From an uncultured Acidobacteriota bacterium (GTDB lineage Bacteria; Acidobacteriota; Vicinamibacteria; Vicinamibacterales; 2-12-FULL-66-21): a stretch of 64,000 nucleotides of DNA. The stretch is taken from positions 301,605-365,604 of the forward strand of contig CAVRYD010000011.1 in assembly GCA_963725335.1 (NCBI GenBank). Direction: 5' to 3'. The notes under the pieces are model-generated. The model was not told the DNA's origin. It saw only the letters and a list, made by a program, of their open reading frames with translations, and made no database searches. The translations under genes were made by a program, and so were the position numbers. Positions 12,111-23,081 of this stretch are shown piece after piece (the first letter of the stretch is position 1; every line of letters starts with the position of its first letter).

Positions 12111-12955
12111 GTGTCGCGTCAGTCTTCTCACCCCGGCGTCATGACTGCTCGCGAGATCACGCGACGGCTGAGGGCTCGGGCTGAACCCGCTCGCGTGCCC
12201 GTCCTGCGCAGCTTTTTCAAGACCGGCCCTGGCGAGTATGGCGAAGGCGACGTCTTCCTCGGCGTGACCGTGCCCGCAGCTGCGCGCCGTCTGCCGTGAG
12301 TGCCGTGGAACTCCGCACAAGGAAATCCGTGCGCTGCTGCGATCCCGCGTGCACGAGGAACGGCTGCTGGCGCTGCTCCTGCTGGTCGATGCCTTCGAGC
12401 GGGGGAAGCGGCCGAGCGGCGGCGGGTCTACGACCTCTACCTTTCGCAGACCGCGTTCATCAACAACTGGGATCTCGTCGACTGGTCCGCTTCCGCGATC
12501 GTCGGCGGTTGGCTCACGATCGCGGTCGGGCTCCGCTGCGTGCGCTCGCGAGGTCGGCATCGCTCTGGGAGCGCCGCATCGCGATCATCGCGACCTTCTA
12601 TTTCATCCGGCGCGGCGAACTCGACGACACCCTGGAGATCGCCGACCTGCTGCTCGAGGATCCGCACGACCTGATTCACAAGGCGGTGGGCTGGATGCTG
12701 CGCGAGGTCGGGAAGAAGGATGGTGCATCGGAACGCCGGTTCCTTGAGACGCGGGCGCCGCGGATGCCGCGAACCATGCTTCGCTACGCAATCGAGAGAT
12801 TCCCGGCTGCCGAGAGGCAGTCGTACCTGCAGATGGACAAGCAGCCGGGGCGTAACGCCGTCCCGCGTCAGCTTCGATCGAGCAGATCAACGAGATCGCG
12901 CGGCGTATCGATAAACCATTCGTCGCCGCGGAAATCCTCCGGTCCGAAGCGATAG
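12111..12955 (+). CDS. DNA alkylation repair protein, AlkD-like HEAT-repeat family (four or more frame breaks; 3' end uncertain, may stop near 12855)
   Basis: [21 protein letters not shown] at the N-terminus, [11 protein letters not shown] in the middle, and [19 protein letters not shown]...[19 protein letters not shown]...[11 protein letters not shown] at the C-terminus match this family. The ORF as drawn overlaps the convergent neighbour by 88 nt. Confidence 0.65.
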
Positions 12956-13526
12956 CCGAAGCCGTATCGCGCCAGGCAGAGTCGCGTCCCGCCGTTCCGT
13001 GCGGTCGCGAGATCGACAGGGGAGTCGCCGACGAGCAGCACACGCTTTGGCGCCACCCCGGACGCTTCGGCCAGATGCGCCAGGCCGGCCGTCGACGGTT
13101 TACGGCCGAACGGCGTGTCGCCTCCAATGACCTCACCAAAGTACCGGTCCAGCCCGAGTCCCTCGAGCATCGCCCGGTGGCGTGGGCCGGCTTGTTGGTC
13201 AGGACCGCCAGCGGCAGGCGGGAGCGCAAGTCCTGCAGCGTCTCGAGCATGCCTGGATACATGCGCGTGTGGTCGAGCAGGTGCTGGTTGTAATGCTTGA
13301 GAAACCGATCGAGGGCGCCGGGCGTTTCCGGATCGAAGTTGGATGCCGCAAGCGCTCGCCTGACCAGCACCGCAGCTCCTTCACCCACCATCGCAACGAT
13401 CGCGGGATCCGGTAACCGGCTGACGCCGAGTTCCACGAGCAGCGCGTTCACGGCATTGGCGAGATCGGCGCTCGAGTCCACCAGCGTGCCATCCAGATCG
13501 AACACGACGAGCTGGATGTCAGTCAT
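12868..13526 (-). CDS. HAD-superfamily phosphatase, phosphoglycolate phosphatase-like (one frame break near 13180)
   Basis: Motif [21 protein letters not shown], then in ORF 12868-13170 RKPSTAGL and [17 protein letters not shown] (HAD motifs III/IV). Confidence 0.75.
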
Positions 13527-13563
13527 CTCGACGGAACATGGGGCATTTCAGAGGGTCTCTCGT

Positions 13564-15999
13564 GTGTGGCTGCAACCGACGCAGGATATCATCTGGTCCG
13601 GGAGGGGCCGATGGATCGGCGGGGAATCCGGATCGAGAATCGGTGCGGGTCTGTCAATTGTCGCTGGTGTCGCACTCACCGCGATTCACGCGCAATCGAA
13701 ACGCACGGACGCGGATGAGCTGCGCGCGGCCTACGACGCGTACCGATCGATGCAGCGTTCCTCACCCTACACCTCCCTGAGATGGCAGTCACTCGGCCCG
13801 ACGAATACCAGTGGAAGAGCCACGGACATTGCGGTGGCGGATCGCGCCGGCGCGCGTCGTATCTACGCCGGGTATGCGACGAGTGGTGTATGGTCGACCG
13901 ACGACAACGGGGCAACGTGGCAAGCCGTCTTCGAGAACTACGCCTCCACCAGCATCGGTGATCTGGCGGTGGCGCCCTCCAACCCGGACATCCTCTGGGT
14001 CGGCACCGGCGAAGCGAACATCTTTCGCGCCTCGATGCCTGGCGTCGGCATCTACAAATCGACTGACGCCGGCCGCACGTTTACACACATGGGGCTCGCC
14101 GACACGCAGACGATCGCGCGCGTTCTCGTTCATCCGTCGAACCCCGACATCGTGTATGTCGCCGCATCGGGTCACGAGTGGACCGACAACGAGAATCGGG
14201 GCGTGTTCAAGACCGTTGATGGCGGGCGAACCTGGAAGAAAGTCTTCTACCGAAGTCAACGGACTGGTGCCATCGATCTGGCGATGGATCCCAGCAACCC
14301 GAACACGCTCTACGCGGCCATGTGGCAGCGCATTCGGCGCAGGTGGAGCGATCCGCGGGTCGAGCCAGGCTACAGCGAAGGAGGAATCTGGAAGACGACG
14401 GATGGCGGCCAGTCCTGGATCGAGGCGGACACGGGCCTGCCGCCTGCGCAGTACCGCGGGCGCATTGGCATCGACATCGCGCCGTCGAATCCGAGCGTGC
14501 TGTACGCGTTCGTGGACAGCTACGAACCCGGCAGACCGCCTCGGGATGGTGAACGGGATGCGTACGAACGCCCGATCATGGAAGCCCGCATTCGAGGCGC
14601 GGAGATCTATCGAACGGACGACCGAGGATCGACGTGGCGCAAGGTATCAGAGACCAATGCCTTTATGTCGGCGCACTCCGGCACCTACGGCTGGGTGTTC
14701 GGGCAGATTCGGATCGACCCGAAGGACGACAAGACGATCTACACGCTCGGTCTCGGGCTGAACGTGTCTCACGACGGAGGGAAGACGTTCACCACGCTCC
14801 GCGGTCCCCATGGGGATCACCATGGTCTCTGGATCGATCCCGCCAATCCAGCTACGCTCTATGGCGCGAACGACGGCGGCGTGTATCTCTCGTCCGATGG
14901 AGGCGCCACGTGGCATTTGCGGTGACCGCCGGCGGGTCGCAGTTCTATAACGTCACGGTCGACAACAGCACGCCGCCCTGGGCCTACGGATCGATTCAGG
15001 ACGTCGGCAGCCGGCGCGGAAAGATAGATTTGAGCAACGGCCGCGACCGGATTCCAGCGGTCGAGTGGACCGCCGCGCCAGGCGGAGAGGGATCCTTTCA
15101 AGCGGTCGATCCGGAAAACCCCTCGATTGTGTACTCGCACACGTACTACGGCAACTTCACACGCGAAGATCTGAGCATGCCGACGCCATCGGCTCGCGGC
15201 CGCCGCGGTCCGGGTGACGCGAGCGCGCCAGCGCCGCAAACGCCTGCCCGCCCTCAGCGCAGCACGCCCATCCGGCCGCGAGAGGAAGACCTGCGCGCGC
15301 AATGGATGGCGCCGATTCTCGTGTCGCCCCATCGCGCCGAGACCATTTATGCGGGCTTCCAATACGTGTTCCGCTCGCGCGATCGCGGCGCGACCTGGGA
15401 TCGCGTCAGCGCGGACCTCACCGACAACGATCCGGCTCGCATGCTGCGTCGAAGCTCGAGCGAGATTCCGTATCAAACAATCGTGGCGCTCGCGGAGTCG
15501 ACAAGAAAGCCGGGCCTGCTCTATGCAGGCACCGATGATGGCCGCCTCCACGTGACCATGAACGACGGAAGACGGTGGTCGGACATCACCGCCGCGCTCC
15601 GTCGCCGTACGTGGATTTCTCGCGTCGTGCCGTCCCAGCATGCGGAAGGAACTGTGTATGTCGCGCAGAGAGGCCGGGAAGAGGACGACTTTGGCGCCTA
15701 TCTGTACAAGTCGGTCGACTACGGCGGCACCTTCACCAGCATTGTGAACGACCTGCCCGGCGGATCCGTGAACGTCGTCCGTGAGGATCCGACGGATCCG
15801 AACACGTTGTATGTGGGCACGGATTTTGGTGCCTTCGTGTCAACCGACGGCGGCCGCCGCTGGCAGGTGCTGGGCGGTAATCTGCCGTCGGTGCAGGTGT
15901 CAGATCTTCAGTATCGACACCCGGGATCGGATCGTCGTGATCTCCACCTACGGCCGTGGCATGTGGGCGCTCGACGCAACGAAGGTCACGGGGAAGTAG
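13564..15999 (+). CDS. Secreted BNR/Asp-box repeat protein (sortilin/VPS10-like) (frame breaks near 14915 and 15915, possibly one at the start)
   Basis: About eleven Asp-box motifs (STDDNGATW, KSTDAGRTF, KTVDGGRTW, KTTDGGQSW, RTDDRGSTW, SHDGGKTF, SSDGGATW, SRDRGATW, STDGGRRW...). Signal-like IGAGLSIVAGVALTAIHA. Start is either GTG 13564 in frame, or ATG 13611 (GGAGGG upstream) plus an indel. Confidence 0.8.
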
Positions 16000-16084
16000 A
16001 AGCCGCACGACGGTAAGGCAGGCCTGAAGGGCTGCGCTACACGTTTTGAGCGACCCTCAAGTAGCGAAGGGCTTCAGCCCTGCC

Positions 16085-16667
16085 CTACGGTCCGGCGATA
16101 CGGAGCAGCGTCATGACCGTCACGGCAACGAGCAGGTTGATGGTCAGCAGCACGAGGCCAAGCCGACGCTCGGGCCGGCGCGTGAACCACATGTAGAGCC
16201 CCGTGGCTCCGAGCAGCAGCAGAGCTGTGGAGGCGACGGCCACCGCCGCGGCCCACGCCTTCATCGAAAGCGGCTCGTGCCAGAAGCCAGCCCAATGATG
16301 CAGCCGATTGAGCATGCCCATGACGCCCGCAACACTCGTCTTGACCCGGGCGATGCCCGAGGTGCGATCGTACCGGACCTCGTGCACGGTGCCGGGAACG
16401 ACGATGCGCAGGGTCGACCCCGGCGTCGCCTGCCTGTACATTGCTCAACTCACCTGTGACGCCATCGTCACGATCCATCACGTCGCGCGCGATCCTTCGA
16501 GCGTCGGTCTGCCCGCGCTCGAGCGTGAGCTCACGTTCGTGAACCACCGGCTTCATATCAAACCAGCCCGAGTGACTCATCTGAACTGCGCTGAGGCCGT
16601 ACATGATCAGGAACGGCAGGCTGAAGGATGCCAGTAGCAAGTGGGTGTTCCGAATGATTCGATACAT
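16085..16667 (-). CDS. PepSY_TM-like small membrane protein, paralog 2 (one frame break near 16435)
   Basis: N-terminal TM (HLLLASFSLPFLIMYGLSAV), ~100-aa middle domain, then NRLHHWAGF and two TM segments (GATGLYMWFT...). Same architecture as the upstream gene. Confidence 0.5.
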
Positions 16668-16670
16668 GAC

Positions 16671-17261
16671 TTACCGGAACGCCATCCACAGCACGGCGAG
16701 CGTGGCCGTTCCGCTCGCCAGCGATGCCCAGGCCCACCACGAACGTGCCTGAGCAGTGAGCCACAGATAGACACCTGAGGCGCAGAACGCCAGCAGGCAC
16801 CACATGGCGCACTCGTTATAGAACGCCCACACGCGCAGGAGCCGCGGAGCCTCCGCGTCGCCGGTCGTGGCGGCGTGCATGTCGCCGAGAAACAATCCAA
16901 GGCTGTTTCGGATTTGTTCAATTCGGAGACGGCTTTCGCGTTCGAGCACGGTCACACGCCAGATACCGTTGATATTGTAGAAATCGAGCAGCAGATCGTT
17001 CTGAGCCGTTCGTTTCAGCGCCCAGCCCGGCATCGGCCGGGTCAGTGGCAAATGCAGCATTCTGAACACCTGGTCGGCCACCTGTTTATCGGTGCTGCCT
17101 GGCGAGGCACTGAACGGCACGTGCTGAACCGCGCGGGGGATCTTGGGCCGTTCCGCCGCCACCTGCACGGTGGCAACCAGTCCCGCGACACCGTACAAGA
17201 CGAGTTGCGCGAAAGTCAGCAACCCCGCATAGATGTGCAGTTTGAGGACGACGTTCCGCAT
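16671..17261 (-). CDS. PepSY_TM-like small membrane protein, paralog 1
   Basis: Intact 196-aa ORF: LKLHIYAGLLTFAQLVLYGVAG TM, middle domain, GDMHAAT, then two TM segments (ASGVYLWLT...). Its stop is 3 nt from the start of paralog 2. Confidence 0.5.
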   Translation of the reverse strand: MRNVVLKLHIYAGLLTFAQLVLYGVAGLVATVQVAAERPKIPRAVQHVPFSASPGSTDKQVADQVFRMLHLPLTRPMPGWALKRTAQNDLLLDFYNINGIWRVTVLERESRLRIEQIRNSLGLFLGDMHAATTGDAEAPRLLRVWAFYNECAMWCLLAFCASGVYLWLTAQARSWWAWASLASGTATLAVLWMAFR

Positions 17262-17330
17262 CGCGTGCGTGTCGCATTATAACGGCCCACGCCTGAGCCA
17301 AAAGTCATCGCGATTACGCCTTCAGTAAAG

Positions 17331-18134
17331 ATGAAGATCCTTCTGACGCTTCGCGGATGGGAGTTCGCGAGTGTTGTGTCGTTCGCCTACATCGCAATCG
17401 TTGCGGCGTTTCTCCGAAAAGGCCTGCCACCAGCGACGCGGGTGCAGGCCGTTGGCGGATCTGCCGCCGGCCTGTTGTTGACGTGGGCGTCGGCGATCGC
17501 ACCGTTTCATCCCTTTCTGCACGGCTGGCTGCTTCCGCCGCTGTTGCTGTTTCTGGCCTACTGGACAACCGGGTTGCTCTTTGTCGCGCCGATGCAGCGG
17601 ATCGAACGGCTGTTCGCGTATGTCGATCGAGTCGTTCACGTCCGCAAGCTTGGCTCGATCGTGCCGAAGAGCCTGGCCGAGTTTCTGGAGCTCTCATACG
17701 CGGCCGTGTTTGCCCTGATCCCAGTCGCACTGGCGTTACACCTGAAGTTTGCGAAGGCTCCTGATCCAGATCGATTCTGGACCGTCATCCTCGTGACGGA
17801 TTTCATCTGCTTCGCGATGCTGCCGTGGATTCAGACTCGTCCACCGCGTTCGCTCGAACCCGGGGAGCCGTGGCCCTCCTCATTTCGCACGTTCAATCTG
17901 CGTCTGCTGGGAACTGCCAGCATCCGCGTGAACACGTTTCCCAGCGGCCATGCGGCGGAGGCGCTTGCGGCGGCGCTGCTCGTCTCCAACCTCCGCCTTG
18001 GTCTGTTCATCTGGATGTTGTTCAACGCCCTTGCCGTCTCCGCCGGTGCCGTGTTTGGCCGCTATCACTACGCCATTGACGCCTTTGCGGGATGGCTCGT
18101 GGCAGTCACGGTGTGGCTGATCCTGGTCCACTGA
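17331..18134 (+). CDS. PAP2-superfamily membrane phosphatase/transferase
   Basis: Intact 267-aa polytopic ORF with PSGH and GRYHYAIDAFAG (PAP2 C2/C3-like motifs). Confidence 0.7.
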   Translation: MKILLTLRGWEFASVVSFAYIAIVAAFLRKGLPPATRVQAVGGSAAGLLLTWASAIAPFHPFLHGWLLPPLLLFLAYWTTGLLFVAPMQRIERLFAYVDRVVHVRKLGSIVPKSLAEFLELSYAAVFALIPVALALHLKFAKAPDPDRFWTVILVTDFICFAMLPWIQTRPPRSLEPGEPWPSSFRTFNLRLLGTASIRVNTFPSGHAAEALAAALLVSNLRLGLFIWMLFNALAVSAGAVFGRYHYAIDAFAGWLVAVTVWLILVH

Positions 18135-18173
18135 CCTGCCTGAACGACCGCGCGATTACGCTAGAATCGACAG

Positions 18174-18770
18174 GTGAATCTTCGAGGAACGACCGCCTGT
18201 ATCGCGATGCTGGTCGCCGCTGCCGCCGCCGGTTCCCCTCGCCAGGACATTGACTATCAGGCGCTCTTCGCCCAAGGCATCACCTTCGCCGACTTCCTCG
18301 AGAATGCGCGGGCGCGGCGCGACGAGTGGCGCGCGCATTACAACGATGCGACCGTAAGCCCTGCGCTCATTACGAGAATGCGCGCGTTGCCGGCACGACG
18401 GCATCTTCTCGTCGTCGCCGAAGACTTTTGCGCCGATTCCGTCAATACCGTACCGTATATCGCGCGACTCGTGGACGGAGGGCCCGAGCGCCTCGACATG
18501 CGCGTGATCAATTCGGAGTCCGGAAAAGCCATCATGGAAGCCCACCGCACGCCGGATGGGCGGACCGCCACGCCCACTATCGCGATTCTCGGTGAAGACT
18601 GGCGCCTGATCGCCGCGTGGACCGAACGACCCGCCTCAACCCAGTCCTGGTTCCTCGAGAAGCAGAAGACAACCATGCAGAAACCGTTGCACGACGAATT
18701 GATCGCCTGGTACGCGAAGGATGCAGGAAAGACCACCGTCCAGGAAATCGCTGATCTCCTGGAGCGCTGA
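18174..18770 (+). CDS. Thioredoxin-like fold protein (Thioredoxin_9-like), secreted
   Basis: Intact 198-aa ORF with a signal peptide. VVAEDFCADSVNTVPYI resembles the WCGD region of this family, but there is no CxxC. Confidence 0.5.
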   Translation: MNLRGTTACIAMLVAAAAAGSPRQDIDYQALFAQGITFADFLENARARRDEWRAHYNDATVSPALITRMRALPARRHLLVVAEDFCADSVNTVPYIARLVDGGPERLDMRVINSESGKAIMEAHRTPDGRTATPTIAILGEDWRLIAAWTERPASTQSWFLEKQKTTMQKPLHDELIAWYAKDAGKTTVQEIADLLER

Positions 18771-18771
18771 C

Positions 18772-19233
18772 ATGTTGTATGCCGCGGTCCTTCTGATTCA
18801 TTCCTGGCTTCGGTGGGTGGTGCTGTTGGCGGGCATTGTTGCTTTCATCCGGGCAGCTACCGGCTCGTCGGGCAGGAAGCCGTGGACGCCGGCCGACGAT
18901 CGGGCCGGCTTCTGGTTCGTCACCGCCCTCGACCTGCAGGTCCTGCTCGGCCTCATCCTGTACGTGTTCTTGAGCCCGCTCACCCATACCGCATTGGGTG
19001 ATATAGGTGCCGCGATGAAGGATTCCGTCCTGCGATTTTGGGCTGTCGAACACGTGTTTGGAATGATCGTGGGACTTGCGTTCGCCCACATGGGTCGCGT
19101 TCGCGCGCGAAAAACCGACTCGCTCAGACGTCACCGGGTTGTCGCGATCTTCGTGGGGCTGTCGCTCGTCGCGATCCTCGCGGCGATTCCCTGGCCCGGC
19201 ATGCCGGCCGGCCGTCCGCTGCTGAGGTGGTAG
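18772..19233 (+). CDS. Hypothetical 4-TM membrane protein
   Basis: The ATG sits 1 nt after the upstream stop. MLYAAVLLIHSWLRWVVLLAG... has four hydrophobic segments. No family is recognised with confidence. Confidence 0.45.
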   Translation: MLYAAVLLIHSWLRWVVLLAGIVAFIRAATGSSGRKPWTPADDRAGFWFVTALDLQVLLGLILYVFLSPLTHTALGDIGAAMKDSVLRFWAVEHVFGMIVGLAFAHMGRVRARKTDSLRRHRVVAIFVGLSLVAILAAIPWPGMPAGRPLLRW

Positions 19234-21287
19234 ATGCGCGTCATCATTGCCGCTGCGTTGGCGATCCCGCTCGCCACGACCTCCCAGTCTCCGTCGGCGC
19301 AAGGTCAACGGCCGATGGCGATCGACGACCTCATCGGGGCCGTCCGGGTCACGGATCCGCAGCTTTCGCCCGATGGCTCCCAGGTTGTCTTCGTGCGAAC
19401 GACCACCGATGTAACGTCCGGTGAACGGAACGCGGATATCTGGAGCGTACCGGCAGATGGTTCTGGCCCCGCCCGGGAGCTGATTGCCGGAAACAAGACC
19501 GACAATACTCCGCGTTTCTCACCCGACGGCCGGAGCATCGCGTTCATCTCGACGCGGGACGGTGCGCCGCAGGTGTACGTGGCCGACGCGAAGGGCGGCA
19601 ACGTGCGGCGCGTGACGAATCTATCGATGGGGGTGCAGCCTCCGCTCGTGTTCGCGCCGGACGGATCGCGCATGGCCGTCGTCTCGGACGTCTATCCCGA
19701 GTGTGCAGACGATGCCTGCAACAAACGTTTGAGCGAGGAGGCCGACAAGAATCCCGTCAAGGTTCACCGTCTGACGCGGCTGCTCTACAGACACTGGGAC
19801 GAGTGGCGGGAGAACGTCCGTCACCACATTTTCGTTACAGAGGTCCAGGGGCGCCAGACGATTGATGTGACACCGGGCGACTTCGACGCTCCTCCTGCGC
19901 AACAGGAAGACGGGGCGGTGGCGTTTTCACCTGACGGCCGCGACATCGCGTTTGCCTCGAATCGCGAGGGAGGCGACCGCGAAGCCTGGACGACCAATCA
20001 CGACATCTGGACCGTGCCGTCCGCGGGGGGCACGGTCAAGAAGATCACGACCAACCCCGCATCGGATCTGCAGCCGTCGTTCTCGGCGGATGGCCACACC
20101 CTGTTCGCACGCGCGCAGCGCCGGCCCGGCTTCGAGTCGGACCGCTGGTATCTGGACGCCTACGATCGATCGACGGGAACCAGGCGAACGGTGTTTTCGA
20201 CTCCGGACCTTTCCGTCACCGATTACGCGCTCTCGCCGGACGGATCGACCATCTGGTTTACGGCGGTTGATCATGGCCATGAGGCTCTCTTTACGGTGCC
20301 GAGCGCCGGGGGCACGCCGACTCGCGCCGGCGGAAGCCGTGGATCGATGACGTCGCCGCGGCCGGGCAGCGTCCTTTGCGATCGTTTCGAAATCGTCGCT
20401 GACGGCGCCAGCTGAAATCTGCCGAGTCGCAGCCGATGGCCGGCCTGCGACGGCCCTCACGCACGAGAACGCCTCGTGGTTGAAGCAGGTCGCGTTTTCT
20501 GAGCCGGAGAGTCTCACCGCCACGACGGCCACGGGTCAGAAGATTCAGTACCTGGCTCGTCAAACCGCCGCAGTTCGATCCATCGAAAAAGTACCCCGTC
20601 GTATTCCTGATCCACGGAGGCCCGCAGGGAAGCTGGGAGGATGCCTGGTCGGCGCGATGGAATCCGTCGCTCTGGGCCGCGCAGGGCTGGGTAGTCGCTG
20701 CGCCGAATCCGCGCGGGTCGTTCGGCTTCGGCCAGACGTTCGTCGACGAGATCAGCGGTGATTGGGGCGGCAGGGCGATGACCGACATCGATGCGGTCGT
20801 CAATGCCGTGTCGAAGATGCCCTTCGCCGATTCGCAGCGGCTCGGAATCGCCGGTGCCAGCTACGGCGGGTACGCGGTGAATTGGATTCTCGGCCACACG
20901 AATCGGTTCAAGGCAGCGGTGACGCACGACGGCGTCTTCAACCTGGAGTCGATGAGTCTGGCGACCGAAGAGCTCTGGTTTCCGGACTGGGAATTTGGCG
21001 GCGCACCGTGGACACCGAAGGCGCGTGCGCAGTTTGCGAAATGGTCGCCGCACCTTTATGCGAACAATATCAAGACGCCGACGCTGATCATCACCAACGA
21101 GCGCGACTTCCGAGTGCCGGTCGATCAGGGCCTGCAGATGTTCACCGTCCTTCGTCGCAACGGCGTCCCCAGCGAGGCCCTCGTGTTTCCGGACGAGGGC
21201 CACTGGGTGCTGAAGGCGCTGAACAGCCGGACCTGGCACGAAGCCGTGTTCGGCTGGATGAAGAAATACCTGGCTACTTCCTCGTAA
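19234..21287 (+). CDS. S9 family serine peptidase (beta-propeller plus alpha/beta hydrolase) (three or more frame breaks at 20320-20560)
   Basis: TolB-like propeller repeats (SPDGSQVVF, SPDGRSIAF, APDGSRMAV, SPDGRDIAF, SADGHTLF, SPDGSTIWF). The catalytic domain has YPVVFLIHGGP, GIAGASYGGY (GxSxGG), ERDFRVP and DEGHW. Confidence 0.85.
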
Positions 21288-22101
21288 CCTTGACGCCGCC
21301 ATTCGACGTGCGAACGCGAATGGTAGCGCCGCCACTGCCGAGATCGGTCGACAAGGATCGCTGGATGGTTCCTTGCACCGTCACAGGGAAGTCGATGCGG
21401 ACGTTGCCGTTCGTCGTTCCGGTTTCGAGGTGCGCGTTGTACCCGTCGGGAATCGCCAGCCGCACGCCACCGTTCGTGGTCTGAAGATCCAGGCCGCCGC
21501 CCTGCCACCCCGTTCCGTCGAGGTCGACGTCGATGCCGCCGTTGGTGGTACGCCCCTCGACATCCCCAGCCATTCGTGACAGCTTCACGCCGCCGTTCGT
21601 GGTCCGAAGATCTACGCGGCTGTCCACCGCCTCAACCGTAATCCCGCCATTTGTTGTCTTCAGCGAGAGCGGCGTCTGTGTTGGCACGGCGAGTCGATAA
21701 CTGACGCTCCACCCCTCTTTCTTTCCGAGATTGCGTGGTCCGTCTGCGTCGACGCGCACGGCGGTCGCAACCACCTGGACGCGTGACGCGATCGATTTCG
21801 CCTCGTCCTGGGTCGCGGCCGTTGCCACGACGCGCGCCTGCACGACGATGTCGCCACGCGAGGACCCCTCCACGGAGATTCCTCCATTCGGGGATGCATC
21901 GACCGTCAGCGTGCCTCCCGACGCTGGCGCGGTGTACTCGCGGACCTCACAGAATCCCGCGCGGTCGTCGCCCCAGTTCTCCTCAGCGCACCAGTCGGTG
22001 CCCGTCGCTCGCCGCTGGGCCGCCAGCGGGGCGCTGGACAGCAGCAAACCCGCCAACGCCAAGACGATACCCCTGTTGCATGCCAGCTTCGTCATCTCCA
22101 C
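21274..22101 (-). CDS. DUF4097-like beta-repeat protein (putative adhesin fold), secreted
   Basis: Intact 275-aa ORF with a signal peptide and repeated TTNGG(I/V) strands (seven copies). Confidence 0.65.
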   Translation of the reverse strand: MEMTKLACNRGIVLALAGLLLSSAPLAAQRRATGTDWCAEENWGDDRAGFCEVREYTAPASGGTLTVDASPNGGISVEGSSRGDIVVQARVVATAATQDEAKSIASRVQVVATAVRVDADGPRNLGKKEGWSVSYRLAVPTQTPLSLKTTNGGITVEAVDSRVDLRTTNGGVKLSRMAGDVEGRTTNGGIDVDLDGTGWQGGGLDLQTTNGGVRLAIPDGYNAHLETGTTNGNVRIDFPVTVQGTIQRSLSTDLGSGGATIRVRTSNGGVKVTRK

Positions 22102-22107
22102 ACCTCA

Positions 22108-22190
22108 ACAGAACCGGAACCCCGTGGAACCGGCAGAACCTCGCAGAACCCCGTGGAACCCGGCAGAACCCCGTGGAACCCGGTAGAACC
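22108..22190. repeat. 10-bp phased GAACC array (word family 2)
   Basis: Six consecutive 10-mers at 22131-22190 all end in GAACC: CGGCAGAACC TCGCAGAACC CCGTGGAACC CGGCAGAACC CCGTGGAACC CGGTAGAACC. More degenerate copies lie 5' of these. Confidence 0.9.
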
Positions 22191-22315
22191 TTTGGTGATG
22201 CCGACGAGAGCTTGGACGAGATTCACGTCTCGCGCGTTGACCCGCCCAAAGATTTCCTGGTTCGAGACCTGGCTGGGGTCGCGATCGACTGCGCTATGAT
22301 GGGCACACGCCATCC

Positions 22316-23035
22316 GTGCAGCTTGATCTTCCCTTCCTTCGCGCTCCCGCGAGTGAACCGCCTCGGTCCGAGCCCACGGTCGAGTTCGTCCGAATGCGAC
22401 GCGCGCGCCGCTATATCGTCCGAGTCCGCTATGACGCCAGTGTCCGCGTGACGATACCGCGAGGAGGATCGCGCGCCGAGGCCGAACGGTTCCTGCGACG
22501 TCAGATGGGCTGGATCGCGCGCGAGCGCGCGCGCATGCAGGCAGCCCACGTCACGCCAGCCTGGACCGACGGTGCCGCGATGATGCTGCGGGGCCAGCTG
22601 GTCACCATACGTCTGGCAGAAGCCCCTGGTGGCGGTGGGTCTCTGATTCTCTATGCTGACCGCTCCGTCGGTCTCAGCGGCGACGAGAACGGTATTCATC
22701 GCGCCATCGAGGCGGATCTGCGCCGGCTCGCGCGCGAGGAGATCGGTCAACGATTGCATGCGCTGGCCGCTCAACACCGTCTCACCGTCGCGGGCTTCTC
22801 GATCCGCAATCAGCGTTCGCGCTGGGGATCCTGTTCGCGGGCTGGACGGATCGCGCTGAACTACCGCCTCGTGCAGATGCCGCCGGCGGTCAGCGACTAC
22901 GTGATTCTTCACGAGCTGATGCACCTGAACGAGCAGAATCATTCACGCCGGTTCTGGCGCCTGATGGAGGAGGTCTGCCCTGATTACCGCGATGCCGAAC
23001 GGTGGCTGAAGCTTCACGGGCCGGGATTGTTGTAA
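22316..23035 (+). CDS. YgjP-like (DUF45, M48-related) metal-dependent hydrolase
   Basis: Intact 239-aa ORF with SRWGSCS..GRIALNYRL and DYVILHELMHLNEQNHSRRFW (HExxH). Confidence 0.8.
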   Translation: MQLDLPFLRAPASEPPRSEPTVEFVRMRRARRYIVRVRYDASVRVTIPRGGSRAEAERFLRRQMGWIARERARMQAAHVTPAWTDGAAMMLRGQLVTIRLAEAPGGGGSLILYADRSVGLSGDENGIHRAIEADLRRLAREEIGQRLHALAAQHRLTVAGFSIRNQRSRWGSCSRAGRIALNYRLVQMPPAVSDYVILHELMHLNEQNHSRRFWRLMEEVCPDYRDAERWLKLHGPGLL

Positions 23036-23081
23036 GCGCTGTCGCCTTCTCGGAGCTACGGCAGAGCTCCCCGAAGAAGCC

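Noticed and set aside
16017-16084. Imperfect inverted repeat GGCAGGCCTGAAGGGC ... GGGCTTCAGCCCTGCC between the convergent BNR and PepSY_TM-like genes as a bidirectional terminator
   Set aside because: 13 of 16 positions pair, but the loop is 36 nt and there are no flanking T or A tracts. It is a possible structure with insufficient support to annotate.
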